A stretch of DNA of 64,000 nt from Candidatus Calditenuaceae archaeon HR02. GTDB lineage: Archaea > Thermoproteota > Nitrososphaeria_A > Caldarchaeales > Calditenuaceae. The DNA is taken from the NCBI GenBank assembly GCA_002898395.1, contig BEHE01000009.1, positions 15,392 through 79,391 of the forward strand, read 5' to 3'. Positions 1 to 10,333 of this stretch are shown piece after piece. The translations under genes were made by a program, and so were the position numbers. The notes under the pieces were generated by a model. It did no database searches, was not told the origin of the DNA, and saw only the letters and a program-made list of their open reading frames with translations. Numbering within the stretch: the stretch's first letter is position 1; every line of letters begins with the position of its first letter.

Positions 1-339
1 ACAATCGCCTTTAACCTACGTGAAAGCTGTAGTGAAAGCTCCATAAAATCTTGGACAGATGCATCTACATCCCGGAGGAAGACAAAAATTTTGTTTTTTT
101 GACGTATTGAGCCGGCGTACTCGCCCTTAGCTAGTATAGGCAGGTTCAGATCGATTAGCGCTGTTAAGACCTCGACATCCAGCCGCGTAACCTCTCCTCT
201 CTCTAACTTCCTCTGACAACTCGGGCAAAGAGAGCCACTCCGCAAGTCGAACTCGCAAACGGGAATCCTCAGTAATCACCGCCTCCAAGTCTATCATCAG
301 CCTCATCCGTTTTTAACCTTCCTTAGCCTCTTCGGGCCT

Positions 340-609
340 CTAAGAGGCAATCTTAATCTCGATCGTGCTCACGTTTACGTCCCTGTTGTCCTGCCCCTTT
401 AACATCTCTGTGCCCAGCTTTATCTCCTGAACCTTTAGGTCCTTGTAGAACCTGTTCTTCAGTATCTGGACCACGTCAACGGCCCTGCTAATCGACCTAC
501 CTCTCGCCTTCAGCGTCACGTTCTGCCCCTGCTGCAGCGATATCAGACACGCAAGGACATAGCTCATCGCCGGCTTCTTTCCTACCAATACAGTTACCTC
601 ATTTGCAGA
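340..609 (-). CDS. albA: DNA/RNA-binding protein Alba (Sso10b family); probable start at the internal Met (MSANEV)
   Basis: About 90 aa; GKKPxMxYVLAxL ... KARGRxISRAVDVV ... VSTIEI motifs align by eye with archaeal Alba. Confidence 0.8.
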   Translation of the reverse strand, partial: SANEVTVLVGKKPAMSYVLACLISLQQGQNVTLKARGRSISRAVDVVQILKNRFYKDLKVQEIKLGTEMLKGQDNRDVNVSTIEIKIAS

Positions 610-695
610 CATTCTTCTCACTCCCTCTGGTTTTTGCAGAAGACTTATCCACTAACCTAAATAAAAACCTTCATTACGCCTCTAAATACCCAGAC

Positions 696-1466
696 TCAGA
701 GAGTGTCAGCGAAAGAGTTTATGTGGAGAGCTGTCTGGTTGAGGATTTTGAAGGCCTCGGCGTATCTATAGCCAGCTCGCTTCCCAAGCAGCTGAGAATA
801 CTTGACCAATAGCTCTATGACCTCTTGGGTGAATTGAGACTGGTGCGCGGCCATGGCCTTCTTTTTGACGTCAATCAGGTCTGAGATGTCGATGTACAGG
901 TTCGGGTTCTTTGTCCAGTAGTAGGCTATGTATCTTGGGGAGTGGGGCTCTAGCCCCTTTTCAAGGTCTTCACGATTGATGTTTGTGAGATTGCTGAAAA
1001 AGAAGGCCTCACTGGCTACGAGCCCCGTTGCAACGTGGTCTGGGTGGGCCTCGTAGGGCAGCCAGGGGTCAACCGTCAGAATAACATCTGGCTTATAGTG
1101 CCTCACAAGTGTTATTAGCCTGTTTCGAAGCTCAAGCGTGGGCCTAAGCTCAGAGTCCCTATAATCCAGCCAGATAAGCTCAGAGACTCCTAAAGTCTGC
1201 GCAGCTGCCTGCTGCTCCCTCTTACGAATATCTGACAGCCTGTCCCAAGACATTGAGGGGTCTGTTGTCCCAGCGCCACCATCAGTGACCGTCACGTATA
1301 TGATTCTACAACCACGGGAAGAAAGCCTAGCAACCGTACCCCCAGCAGCTATATCAGTATCATCCGGATGGGGCTGGATCGAGAGCAATGTTTTACAATT
1401 TTCAAAAGCTTCCTCCGGCCTTAAGCCTATTAACGACCTAATTTCCTCGGCTTCAGCGGAGTGCAT
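696..1466 (-). CDS. PIG-L/LmbE family N-acetylglucosaminyl deacetylase
   Basis: HPDDxxxxxGG and HPDH metal-binding motifs; length typical of LmbE-like proteins. Confidence 0.65.
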   Translation of the reverse strand: MHSAEAEEIRSLIGLRPEEAFENCKTLLSIQPHPDDTDIAAGGTVARLSSRGCRIIYVTVTDGGAGTTDPSMSWDRLSDIRKREQQAAAQTLGVSELIWLDYRDSELRPTLELRNRLITLVRHYKPDVILTVDPWLPYEAHPDHVATGLVASEAFFFSNLTNINREDLEKGLEPHSPRYIAYYWTKNPNLYIDISDLIDVKKKAMAAHQSQFTQEVIELLVKYSQLLGKRAGYRYAEAFKILNQTALHINSFADTL

Positions 1467-1552
1467 ACCCGTTCAAGCAATTCCTAGTGTGTGAAGGTTT
1501 ATAAAAGTTGAGTCAAAGCTTTTGACAGGCGCTATACGGTATTATTTGTGAG

Positions 1553-1630
1553 AGGTTACAGAGAGGTATCGGCATGAGAATGAAACACAGACGAAAACTC
1601 GCCCCCTCCCCCCTTATCCCTTCATTGCTT
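1553..1630. repeat. Intergenic repeat family A, copy 1 (~78 bp), next to tRNA-Val
   Basis: About 85% identical to 11804..11870 (ttgtgaNaggttacagagaggt...cagacgaaaacNcgccccctcccc). Confidence 0.7.
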
Positions 1631-1668
1631 ACCACATTGAAACGTCAATAATTTTAAATTTTTCAATT

Positions 1669-1740
1669 TGGGGCCGGTGGGAATCGAACCCACGACCTCC
1701 GCCGTGTGAGGGCGGCGTCATACCGCTAGACCACGGCCCC
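1669..1740 (-). tRNA. tRNA-Val (anticodon CAC), no encoded CCA
   Basis: The reverse complement folds as a cloverleaf: GGGGCCG acceptor stem, anticodon loop CTCACAC, T-arm GGGTTCGATTCCC, discriminator A. Confidence 0.85.
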
Positions 1741-1802
1741 TTCTTCAGAACCGTATACCAATGCTGTAACAAATAACCCTTATCTCCTCTACATCGGAGC
1801 TG

Positions 1803-3182
1803 CTATGCTAAGGGGCTGTATAGGCCTACGGTATGTATCCTTATCCCAGCTTCTAGTAGCCGGCGCGTGTTTAGAACTCTTCTTCCGTCGATGATTAGTG
1901 GTTTTCGCATGAGGGACTTAATTGTGGAGGGGTCTGGGTCTGTGTACTCGGGCCATTCTGTGGCTATTATTGCTAGGTCTGCACTGTCTAGGCATTCATA
2001 TAGCTCCGAGCAGTAAGTGACACCTTCGCCTAGGACTCTTCTAGCATTTTCGAGCGCGGCTGGGTCGTGGACCCTAACTTCTGCCCCGCGGGCTAGTAAC
2101 TCGCGGATTATATCGATGGAGGCGGATTCTCTGACGTCATCTGTTCCGGGCTTGAAGGCCAGCCCCAGGACAGCAACCCTCTTCCCCGACAGCCCACCCA
2201 GCATAGACTCAGCCTTCTCCACAATCCTGAGCCTTTGGGCCCTGTTAATCCCGATTATCGCCTCGAAGAGTAATGTGTCCACGCCGAGGCGCGCCGCAAA
2301 CCATCTCAAGGAGCGGAGGTCTTTCGGGAGACAACTGCCCCCAAATCCCAACCCCGCCCTCAGGAACAGGGGGCCGATCCTTGGGTCGAGTCCCAGCCCC
2401 TCAGCCACAACCCCCACGTCTCCGTCTTCAGTTGCTTCGCAGACTTGCGAAATTAGGTTAATGAAGCTGATCTTAAGGGCTAGGAAAGCGTTCGTTGCAA
2501 GTTTTATGAGTTCTGCATTGGTGGGGGTCGTGACTAGGGTTGGGATTTTCGAGGGGTGGTAGAGGGCTTCGTAGAATTTTTTCAGTCTTTCAGCCGCCTC
2601 GCCATGCTTGGCACCTATGACTATTCTGTCAGGATTCATGGTGTCTTGGAGTGCCGAGCCCTCCCTAAGGAACTCGGGGTTTACACAGAGGTGGAATTCC
2701 TCTCCGCAGGTCCTACCGCTAGCCTCCTCAATTAGTGGTCTCACGACATGCCAGGTTGTCCCTGGCGGAACCGTGCTTTTAACCACTATGAGGGGGGTGG
2801 CGCCCCTGCGGGTGGGCATGGCTTCTCCAATCTGTCTTGAGGCTTCCTCGACTTGGGAGAGGTCGGGGACACCGTCGGTACCCGTGGGTGTGCCGACAGT
2901 TATAAAAACTATGTCAACCCTCTCCAGCATGTCTCCAATCTCGTCTCGCGCCTCCAGCACACCATCCCTTACAACGTGTTGGAGTAGCTCTGGGAGTCCC
3001 TGCTCATGTATTGGGGATACACCGTCCATAATTTTCCTAACCTTATCCCCGTCCCTCTCCACGCATATCGTTTTTACACCCTTCGAGGCAAGGAATACGC
3101 TGAGTGTCAGGCCTACATAGCCAGCCCCTATAACCCCAACCCCCCTGCCCAAACCACCAGTCGACATGCCAATACTCTGCAA
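1803..3182 (-). CDS. Nucleotide-sugar dehydrogenase (UDP-glucose/GDP-mannose 6-dehydrogenase family)
   Basis: N-terminal GAGYVGL Rossmann motif; catalytic GGSCLPKD motif; 459 aa. Confidence 0.8.
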   Translation of the reverse strand: MQSIGMSTGGLGRGVGVIGAGYVGLTLSVFLASKGVKTICVERDGDKVRKIMDGVSPIHEQGLPELLQHVVRDGVLEARDEIGDMLERVDIVFITVGTPTGTDGVPDLSQVEEASRQIGEAMPTRRGATPLIVVKSTVPPGTTWHVVRPLIEEASGRTCGEEFHLCVNPEFLREGSALQDTMNPDRIVIGAKHGEAAERLKKFYEALYHPSKIPTLVTTPTNAELIKLATNAFLALKISFINLISQVCEATEDGDVGVVAEGLGLDPRIGPLFLRAGLGFGGSCLPKDLRSLRWFAARLGVDTLLFEAIIGINRAQRLRIVEKAESMLGGLSGKRVAVLGLAFKPGTDDVRESASIDIIRELLARGAEVRVHDPAALENARRVLGEGVTYCSELYECLDSADLAIIATEWPEYTDPDPSTIKSLMRKPLIIDGRRVLNTRRLLEAGIRIHTVGLYSPLA

Positions 3183-3231
3183 TATGCTCCCTATGGTTGG
3201 TTTTAGGGTTTGCTGGAAAACATGTGAGGGC

Positions 3232-4122
3232 TTAACGCATTGAACCCATTGTCGAGAGCTTGTATGAGAGCTGGAGGGCCTCCCAGTAAAGCTGTGGCGT
3301 GCCTATATCCATCTTCAGACCATCCTCAAGCTTGATCGCGTCAACCCTATACCCCCACTCAATGAGACGCTGTATCCCATCGGTTAGCTGGAGCTCGCCG
3401 CCAACACCACTCTTTATAGATCTGAGCGCCCTGAATATCGAATCCCTGAAGATATAGAGCGGGACAATCATCAGGTTCGAGCGGGGCACCTTGGGCTTCT
3501 CCTCAACCCGCGTAACCCGTAAAAATCCTCCGACCTCGGAGACCTCTGCCACCCCGTACTGTCTCGGATCTTCAACCTCCTGCAGTAGAAGAACAGCCTC
3601 AGCACCCTCAGCCTCGAAGTGTCTATACATACGCTCAATCACTTGCGAGCCGTTAACGATGTATGTGTCCCCTGCATGGACGAAGAATGGAGAGCCTCCA
3701 ACAGTCTTCTCACAGATGAGGACTGCGTGCCCGAATCCTAGGGGCTGGGGCTGGTTGACCCATACTAGTACAGACTCACTAATCCTCCTGTAGAATGCCT
3801 CGAAGTCCCTCAGTAGGAAGTTCCTACTCCTCTTAATCATCTCGAGATAACCCTGGTCTGGCGTGAAGTGGTCCTCCACAGCCCTCTTTCCCCTACCAAC
3901 CACGAGTATGAACTCCCGAATGCCAACATCGAAGAGCTGCTCGAAGATCAGCTGCACAATAGGCTTCACACAGAGTGCCCCCTCCTCACTTCTGGCGAAG
4001 ACTGGGAGCATCTCCTTCGGCTGCTCCTTAGTGGCTGGAAGCATCCTTGTACCCAAGCCAGCGAGAGGAAGGACGGCCTTAAGCTCCTCGACGCCCATAA
4101 GCTCGCGACACAAAACCACCAC
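3232..4122 (-). CDS. galU: UTP-glucose-1-phosphate uridylyltransferase (GalU-like)
   Basis: LPLAGLGTRMLPATKEQPKEMLPV matches the GalU signature; also LGFGHAV and QLTDGI motifs. Confidence 0.75.
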   Translation of the reverse strand: MVVLCRELMGVEELKAVLPLAGLGTRMLPATKEQPKEMLPVFARSEEGALCVKPIVQLIFEQLFDVGIREFILVVGRGKRAVEDHFTPDQGYLEMIKRSRNFLLRDFEAFYRRISESVLVWVNQPQPLGFGHAVLICEKTVGGSPFFVHAGDTYIVNGSQVIERMYRHFEAEGAEAVLLLQEVEDPRQYGVAEVSEVGGFLRVTRVEEKPKVPRSNLMIVPLYIFRDSIFRALRSIKSGVGGELQLTDGIQRLIEWGYRVDAIKLEDGLKMDIGTPQLYWEALQLSYKLSTMGSMR

Positions 4123-4259
4123 ACCGGTATTAAAGCAGCTCCCTATCCTCTAAACCCAGCCCAGCCGGCAGCCCAATGTTGTGGGACTACCTATTTCTCA
4201 CCCCTTTACTCCGAACCGACTATTTTTATCATAGAGTATGCCATAACACTTGTAGGGGA

Positions 4260-5831
4260 ATGACCCACGGAGGAGGCCGGGGCACTACCAACAGAGAGAA
4301 AGTGCTCATCCTTGACTTCGGAGGCCAGTATACCCACCTCATAGCCAGGAGATGCAGGGAAGCTGGCGTCTACTCAGAGATAGTGCCCTTCAACATTTCA
4401 CCAGAAGAGATAAGCCGCTATAGTAACGTTAAGGCGCTTATATTCTCGGGAGGGCCTAGGAGCGTCTACGAGGAGGGCGCACCGCATCCTGACAAGAGGG
4501 TGCTCGAGACGGGTATACCTATACTGGGGATATGCTATGGCCACCAGCTCCTTGCAGAGCAGCTTGGAGGTAAAGTGGTGCGTGGTTCTAAAGCTGAGTA
4601 CGGGAGAGCCATAGTTAACGTGGTTGAGGACTCGGCGCTCTTCGCATCACTTAACAAACGTTTTGAGGTGTGGATGAGTCATGGCGACGCTGTGCTGAAG
4701 ACGCCTGAGGGATTTAGGGTGACAGCTATCTCTGAAGACAACCTCATCGCTGCAATGGAGAACGCGGAGAAGAAGATATACTCGGTGCAGTTTCACGTCG
4801 AGGTGAAGCATACACCACCTGGTATGCAAATTCTCAAAAACTTCCTCAAGAACGTGGCCGGTTGTAGATGCGATTGGCGGCCAATAGACATACTGGATGA
4901 GGTTGTGAGAAGCGTCGCCGAGACCGTGGGGGAGGATGAGAAAGTTATCTGCGGTGTCAGCGGAGGGGTAGATTCCATGACCACCGCGGCCATTATCCAG
5001 AGGGCTATCGGTGATAGGCTCCATGTAATATTCATAGATCACGGGCTTCTCAGGAAGGGAGAGAGGGAGCTTGTATTAGAGGGTCTGAAGCTCCTCCAGA
5101 TAAAAAATGTACACTTCATCGATGCAAGTAGGGAATTTCTGATGGCCCTTCGCGGAGTCAGGGACCCCGAGGAGAAGAGGAGGATTATAGGGCGGGTGTT
5201 TGTAGAAGTCTTTGAGAAGGTTGCATCCAGTATAGGGGGCGCGAAGTATCTTGCACAGGGAACGATATATCCCGACAGGGTGGAGAGTGGCGCAACTGGA
5301 GCCCTGACAAGCCTCATCAAGAGCCACCACAATGTCGCCGGATTGCCAGAAAAGCTCGGACTACAGCTAATAGAGCCGCTAAAAGACCTCTACAAGGATG
5401 AGGTCAGAGAGGTCGCGAAGACCCTAGGTCTACCTGCATCCGTGATAGAAAGGCACCCATTCCCCGGCCCAGGCCTAGCAGTTAGAGTCGAGGGGGAAGT
5501 GACGGAGGAGAAGCTGAGAATCTGCCGGGAAGCGAGCGCTATTGTAGAGGAGGAATTCCATAGAGCAGGCCTATACGGCTCGGTTTGGCAGGCGTTCGCC
5601 GTTGTGCTTGACTCGAAGTGGGTGGGGGTCAAGGGCGACGCCAGAAGCGTTGGCCACGTAGTTGTCGTTAGGGCTGTAACGAGCGAGGACGGCATGACCG
5701 CTGACTGGTATCCGGCACCCAGCGAGCTGATGGACAGAATCTCACGGAGAATAACAAACGAGGTTGAGGGCGTGGTTATGGTGGCCTATGCCCTCACCTC
5801 TAAACCCCCCGCCACAATAGAGGCTTACTAG
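4260..5831 (+). CDS. guaA: GMP synthase (glutamine-hydrolysing), with GATase and ATP-PPase domains fused
   Basis: VLILDFGGQYTHLIARRCRE start; GICYGHQ catalytic Cys; SGGVDS PP-loop; the ORF-track start at 4176 is probably an upstream extension. Confidence 0.85.
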   Translation: MTHGGGRGTTNREKVLILDFGGQYTHLIARRCREAGVYSEIVPFNISPEEISRYSNVKALIFSGGPRSVYEEGAPHPDKRVLETGIPILGICYGHQLLAEQLGGKVVRGSKAEYGRAIVNVVEDSALFASLNKRFEVWMSHGDAVLKTPEGFRVTAISEDNLIAAMENAEKKIYSVQFHVEVKHTPPGMQILKNFLKNVAGCRCDWRPIDILDEVVRSVAETVGEDEKVICGVSGGVDSMTTAAIIQRAIGDRLHVIFIDHGLLRKGERELVLEGLKLLQIKNVHFIDASREFLMALRGVRDPEEKRRIIGRVFVEVFEKVASSIGGAKYLAQGTIYPDRVESGATGALTSLIKSHHNVAGLPEKLGLQLIEPLKDLYKDEVREVAKTLGLPASVIERHPFPGPGLAVRVEGEVTEEKLRICREASAIVEEEFHRAGLYGSVWQAFAVVLDSKWVGVKGDARSVGHVVVVRAVTSEDGMTADWYPAPSELMDRISRRITNEVEGVVMVAYALTSKPPATIEAY

Positions 5832-5885
5832 CCAGCTGAGGCCCAATCAGAGTTAAATTCCACCAGATGACAGCTGGAGTAGAGT

Positions 5886-6647
5886 TTGCGGATAGCTTAT
5901 TTCGTCGGGACAGCAGGGTCTGGGAAATCCTCGCTGACAGCGGCCTATGCAGAGTGGCTGAAACAAAATGAACAGAGCGTCGCGACGGTAAACTTAGACC
6001 CTGCCGCTACAGTCCTCCCCTACGAGCCAGAAGTAGACATCAGAGAATACGTCGACTATGAACGGATGATGCTTACATATAATCTAGGCCCTAACGCCGC
6101 ACTCATCGCCTCGGTGAGAGAAGCTGTGAGGGAGATCGACACACTCTGCTCAGAGATCATGGACCTCTCGGTAGACTATGTGCTAATCGATACGCCTGGC
6201 CAGCTAGAGTTATTCGCCTTCAGGAAGGAGGGTAGAGCAATCGTTAAGGCCCTCAGAAGGGTTCCAAGCATCATAATATATCTAATGGATCCAGTCGCGA
6301 GCCACACGACAAGGCTATTTGCATCCTCGCTATTCCTAGCCACATCGGTCTATCTCTCACTCAACCTCCAATCAATCATCGCAATATCGAAGATCGACAT
6401 AGTCCCGAAGAGAATACTTAGACGAATCCGCAGATGGATCTCTTCACAGGAAGCCCTCGAGGTTGATATAGAGTCTAGGAGCCAAGGCATGCAAATGCTT
6501 ATAACAAGGGATATTGTTCATATTTTGCACGACATTGGCAGAACATTTCCGGTTATTGCTGTGTCTTCCAAAACACTGGAAGGACTGGGAGCGCTCCACG
6601 GCGCAGTCACTAGAGCACTTAGTGAGGGTGAATATGAGCTCAGATAG
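5886..6647 (+). CDS. GPN-loop GTPase
   Basis: GTAGSGKSS P-loop, NLGPNAA (GPN) and DTPGQLE motifs. Confidence 0.75.
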   Translation: MRIAYFVGTAGSGKSSLTAAYAEWLKQNEQSVATVNLDPAATVLPYEPEVDIREYVDYERMMLTYNLGPNAALIASVREAVREIDTLCSEIMDLSVDYVLIDTPGQLELFAFRKEGRAIVKALRRVPSIIIYLMDPVASHTTRLFASSLFLATSVYLSLNLQSIIAISKIDIVPKRILRRIRRWISSQEALEVDIESRSQGMQMLITRDIVHILHDIGRTFPVIAVSSKTLEGLGALHGAVTRALSEGEYELR

Positions 6648-7547
6648 GTGGTCCTTATGAGCATCGAGGAAGAGATTTCGAGAGAGATCGGCGAACTAAA
6701 GGACAGGATAAGCGAGCTGGACAGGAAGATTGAGGAGATAAACACGAAAATCAGCAAAAACATCTCGGAGAGAGACAAGACACATGATAAGATGAGAGAG
6801 ATAAGGGAGAAGGTAAAGAGGCTAAAGGAGGAGAAAGCATCACTCATGGAAGAGAGCAGAGCCTTGAGACGAGAGGTGAGAGAGCTGAGACAGAAGCTGC
6901 TTAACTATGTCATAGAGAAGAGGCAGCTAAAGGGTGAGCTGAAGAACCTGAGACTTTCGATGGATGTGAATAGGATAAAGAAGAGGCTCGACGAGATAGA
7001 TCTCTATCTAACATCTCATAGGGTGAGTAGAGAGGAAGAAAGAAAGCTCTTCGAGGAGGCTTCAAAGCTTGAGGCGATGCTCATAGACTATGAGAAAGCC
7101 CTAAAGATACACCTCTCACTGAACGAACTCTCACCCCAGATGGAGGAGGTTAGGAGAGATCTTGAAGAGAAGAGAAAGAGGCTTGAGAGTGTGACAGCTA
7201 GGCTGGGCCAGATCTCGATGGAGATGGAGGCCCTTAACAATCTTTACGACAATCTTAAGAGTGAGGCAGATAGATACCACTCCAGCTACATCGAGGCTAG
7301 AGAGGAGAGAGACAGGCTTGAAGCCGAGAGAATATTAGCAGCTTCTAGAATATACGAGCTCTACAGACTCCTGAGGGGTAAGAGGGAGGAGCTGCTAAAG
7401 AAGAGGATCAGCGAGGTCAAGGCTAAGAGAAAGAAAGAGGCCATCGAGAAGCTGGAGAGAGGGGAGAAGCTAGAGTTTGAGGAGATGAAAATATTGCTGG
7501 AGGATGAGACCCTCTGGCAGCCAAACGGAGGAGCAAGACAATCATAG
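6648..7547 (+). CDS. Coiled-coil protein, E/K/R-rich, function unknown; coupled to the GPN GTPase gene
   Basis: Heptad-like charged repeats through the whole 299 aa; start overlaps or abuts the upstream stop. Confidence 0.4.
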   Translation: MVLMSIEEEISREIGELKDRISELDRKIEEINTKISKNISERDKTHDKMREIREKVKRLKEEKASLMEESRALRREVRELRQKLLNYVIEKRQLKGELKNLRLSMDVNRIKKRLDEIDLYLTSHRVSREEERKLFEEASKLEAMLIDYEKALKIHLSLNELSPQMEEVRRDLEEKRKRLESVTARLGQISMEMEALNNLYDNLKSEADRYHSSYIEAREERDRLEAERILAASRIYELYRLLRGKREELLKKRISEVKAKRKKEAIEKLERGEKLEFEEMKILLEDETLWQPNGGARQS

Positions 7548-7879
7548 CGGGGAAGAAGAAACCGTATATAACCCTTTAAATATCATTACCAGATGGTATG
7601 TTGAAAAATTGTTACCAATATTACGGCATACTATGAAATAGATCTCCGCTAAGATTCGTCTGAGAATCCCATGTCTACTGGCCGGAGAGAATAACTTTGC
7701 CTTCATATGTACTGATTACATTATTCATAGAGAGGACAGGCGACCTAGCCCTGAGTAAGATGCACAAGGCCCATAAATGTTTATCGTAGTGATTGGTAAA
7801 CTACGGTAGAATCATAGTGATGGGTTAAACGCCCAAATTAGGGAAAAATGGGGGAGGGGGTTAGCCCAGCAGACAACCA

Positions 7880-8129
7880 GCCCAGCAACAAGGATAAACC
7901 CGAGGCCGGCATGTCAAGAAGGTTAACGGACTGGCATTTTCGCCAGTCATGTCTGGAGTTTAAACGGCCGGCCTCTTTTGGGTTTCCTAGATGTTGTTGG
8001 GCTGGTTGTCCGATGGCTAACCCCCCGTCTTTCCATTGTTTAAGTTTTTAATCCTTCACTATGGTTGTCGGATGATATTGAGTGTTTTAAGCCGCTCTCT
8101 CGGCCCCTCTTAGAGAGCCTTCTCGCGAC
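7880..8129. repeat. Intergenic repeat family C, copy 1 (~250 bp), structured, candidate ncRNA or MITE
   Basis: About 85% identical to 31928..32188; reading frame is not conserved between copies; internal hairpin gactggc/gccagtc enclosed by a gaggccgg/ccggcctc helix and an outer cccagcaaca/tgttgttggg pairing. Confidence 0.6.
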
Positions 8130-8351
8130 CTTCTACGAGTCTGTCAAATATCTGCTCCTCCAGCTCGCTCATCCTAGACTTCAGCTGGCCAAGGGCCTCG
8201 TTAAGAAGATTCTCACAGGTCTGTGCCTCGCTTAGTAGAGCGTTCCTCTCGTCTGAGAGCTGGTTGAGCTTCTTCACGGATCGGAGGTCTGGGCACTACT
8301 TATCAACCCCAATAAAGTCCCAGGTAAGATAACCACAAGGCTGGACTTCCT

Positions 8352-9551
8352 ATGCTACCAGTCATGGTAGGTTTTAAATTTAAAGAGGTAATCATGTATG
8401 TCTGGGGTTGGATGGCTGAAGAGGCGAAGAGGCCGCTCCTGATACTGGTTATTGATGAGGATAATGATGTCGGGGTTAAGGCTGGGGTACAATCCCCCAT
8501 CATAGGACGTGAAAAAAACCTGGAAGCGGCTCTGAAGCTTATCATGGCAGACCCCGAGGATGCCGATGCCAATGCGATGTTCGCCGCCATCAAGATATTC
8601 GACAATGAGTCGCATAGGTGGCCTAATGGTGTTGAGATAGCTACTGTGACGGGAAAACATGATGGTGGACTTGAGTCAGACCTGAAGATTTCAAGGGAGA
8701 TAGAAAGCGTTATCAGGCAGCTGGGGGCTACCGAGTGTATTGTAGTCTCAGACGGTCCACTCCCCTCATCACTCTCATCTATCATCAGCTCACGCATCAA
8801 GGTAGTCTCGTCCAGAACAGTAATTGTCAAGCAGAGCCAGACGATAGAGACTAGCTGGATACTATTCCTCAGATACCTCAAAATGCTCGTCTACGACACC
8901 TCCTATTCAAGAATAATTCTCGGAGTCCCCGGCATACTATTATTATTAATGGGAGTGCTTCATTTTTTCAATCTGCTCAGCCTACCCCTCCTCCTAATCT
9001 TTGTGGGAATCGCGCTCCTCGTTAGGGGGTTCGGAATAGATGCGGCCTTCTCAGGCCTCATCCGGAGACTGGCCGAGATATCGAATAAACCTAGTCTAGT
9101 ACAGCTACGTATATTCACAGCCGTTGTCGGTCTGATTCTAATAATAGTCGCTTTTGTAGCGGGTTTTCAGGCGGCCTTAAACTATCTTCAATCCGCTTTA
9201 AGGGGTGGGGAGCTAAACTTCGAGCAGGTTCTTCCGCGCATGGGACCATTCGCAGGTGTGTTGATAGTCAATAGCATAGACTTGATAGCTATTGCCGCAT
9301 TCCTCAACACAGCCTACAACATATTCTACTACTATCAGATGAAGAGTACTCGCGTTTGGAGGCATGTACAAGCCATGCTGATATTCTTCTTCCTCTGGAT
9401 TATGATGAGGCTGCTCGGAGCCTTCCTTACCACACAGAGCATCGTCTACCTCATACAGCTTGTATTGATCGCGCTGATAGGTTTCGCCTCGCTGCTAACC
9501 TCTATTACGATTATAAGATCGATCAGAAGTATGAGGGCGCCTAAGCAATGA
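8352..9551 (+). CDS. Conserved archaeal membrane protein (DUF373-like): cytoplasmic N-domain plus a multi-TM C-terminus
   Basis: Hydrophobic helices fill the C-terminal half; N-terminal LILVIDEDNDVG domain; real start may be an internal Met. Confidence 0.4.
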   Translation: MLPVMVGFKFKEVIMYVWGWMAEEAKRPLLILVIDEDNDVGVKAGVQSPIIGREKNLEAALKLIMADPEDADANAMFAAIKIFDNESHRWPNGVEIATVTGKHDGGLESDLKISREIESVIRQLGATECIVVSDGPLPSSLSSIISSRIKVVSSRTVIVKQSQTIETSWILFLRYLKMLVYDTSYSRIILGVPGILLLLMGVLHFFNLLSLPLLLIFVGIALLVRGFGIDAAFSGLIRRLAEISNKPSLVQLRIFTAVVGLILIIVAFVAGFQAALNYLQSALRGGELNFEQVLPRMGPFAGVLIVNSIDLIAIAAFLNTAYNIFYYYQMKSTRVWRHVQAMLIFFFLWIMMRLLGAFLTTQSIVYLIQLVLIALIGFASLLTSITIIRSIRSMRAPKQ

Positions 9552-10333
9552 TTGAGAAGATACTCAGGCTTTTTGGGGTGTATTCGCTCTATGAGAGATG
9601 GTTAGAGAGGATTGTGGGCAGCGGTGATATACCCCAACACCTCGCAGTAATCCTAGACGGTAATAGGCGCTGGGCTAGGAGCGTAGGTATTCCCCCAAGC
9701 AAGGCGTACAGGTTTGGCGCCGACAAGGTTGAGGAGCTTCTGAGGTGGTGCCTGAAGATCGGGATTAAAATTGTTACCCTGTATGTCTTGTCAGTTGAAA
9801 ATATAATGAGGAGGCCTAGGGAAGAGCTTGAGGAAATTTATAGGATTTTGATGGAGAAGGCTGAGAGGTTCTTGAAAGACGAGACGGTCTGGAGGGAGAA
9901 GGTTAGGTTTAGGGTGATAGGTAGGCTGGATTATCTGCCAGGCGAGCTTGCTGAGAGTCTTAGAAGGCTTGAGAGGGAGACGATGCATCATGATAGGTTC
10001 CATTTGAACATTGCAGTCGCGTACGGTGGGAGAGCAGAGATAGTTGATGCGGTCAGAAAGATCTGCAGCAAAGTTGCGGAGGGGGAACTTCAGCCAGACC
10101 AAGTTGACGAGGAGACCATCGAGCATAACTTGTATACCAATGGGCTTCCCAAGCCTGACCCCGACCTAGTCATCAGGACATCGGGTGAGGAGAGAATAAG
10201 CAACTTCCTCCTCTGGCAGATAGCTTACAGCGAGCTGGTCTTCCTAGATGTCTACTGGCCTTCATTTAGAAGGATAGACCTTCTGCGCGCCATTAGAACT
10301 TATCAGCAGAGGACACGTAGATTTGGCGGCTAA
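9548..10333 (+). CDS. uppS: Undecaprenyl-diphosphate synthase (cis-prenyltransferase, UppS)
   Basis: HLAVILDGNRRWA and RTSGEERISNFLLWQIAYSEL motifs. Confidence 0.85.
   Translation: MIEKILRLFGVYSLYERWLERIVGSGDIPQHLAVILDGNRRWARSVGIPPSKAYRFGADKVEELLRWCLKIGIKIVTLYVLSVENIMRRPREELEEIYRILMEKAERFLKDETVWREKVRFRVIGRLDYLPGELAESLRRLERETMHHDRFHLNIAVAYGGRAEIVDAVRKICSKVAEGELQPDQVDEETIEHNLYTNGLPKPDPDLVIRTSGEERISNFLLWQIAYSELVFLDVYWPSFRRIDLLRAIRTYQQRTRRFGG

Noticed and set aside
2017-3120. 181-, 62- and 170-aa plus-strand ORFs
   Set aside because: They are antisense to the well-supported nucleotide-sugar dehydrogenase gene. They are Pro/Ser/Thr-rich translations of GC-rich antisense sequence.
8130-8285. 51-aa GTG-start coiled-coil ORF on the minus strand at the edge of repeat C copy 1
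   Set aside because: No ATG start. The corresponding region in copy 2 has an in-frame stop and no ORF, so it is not a conserved coding feature.
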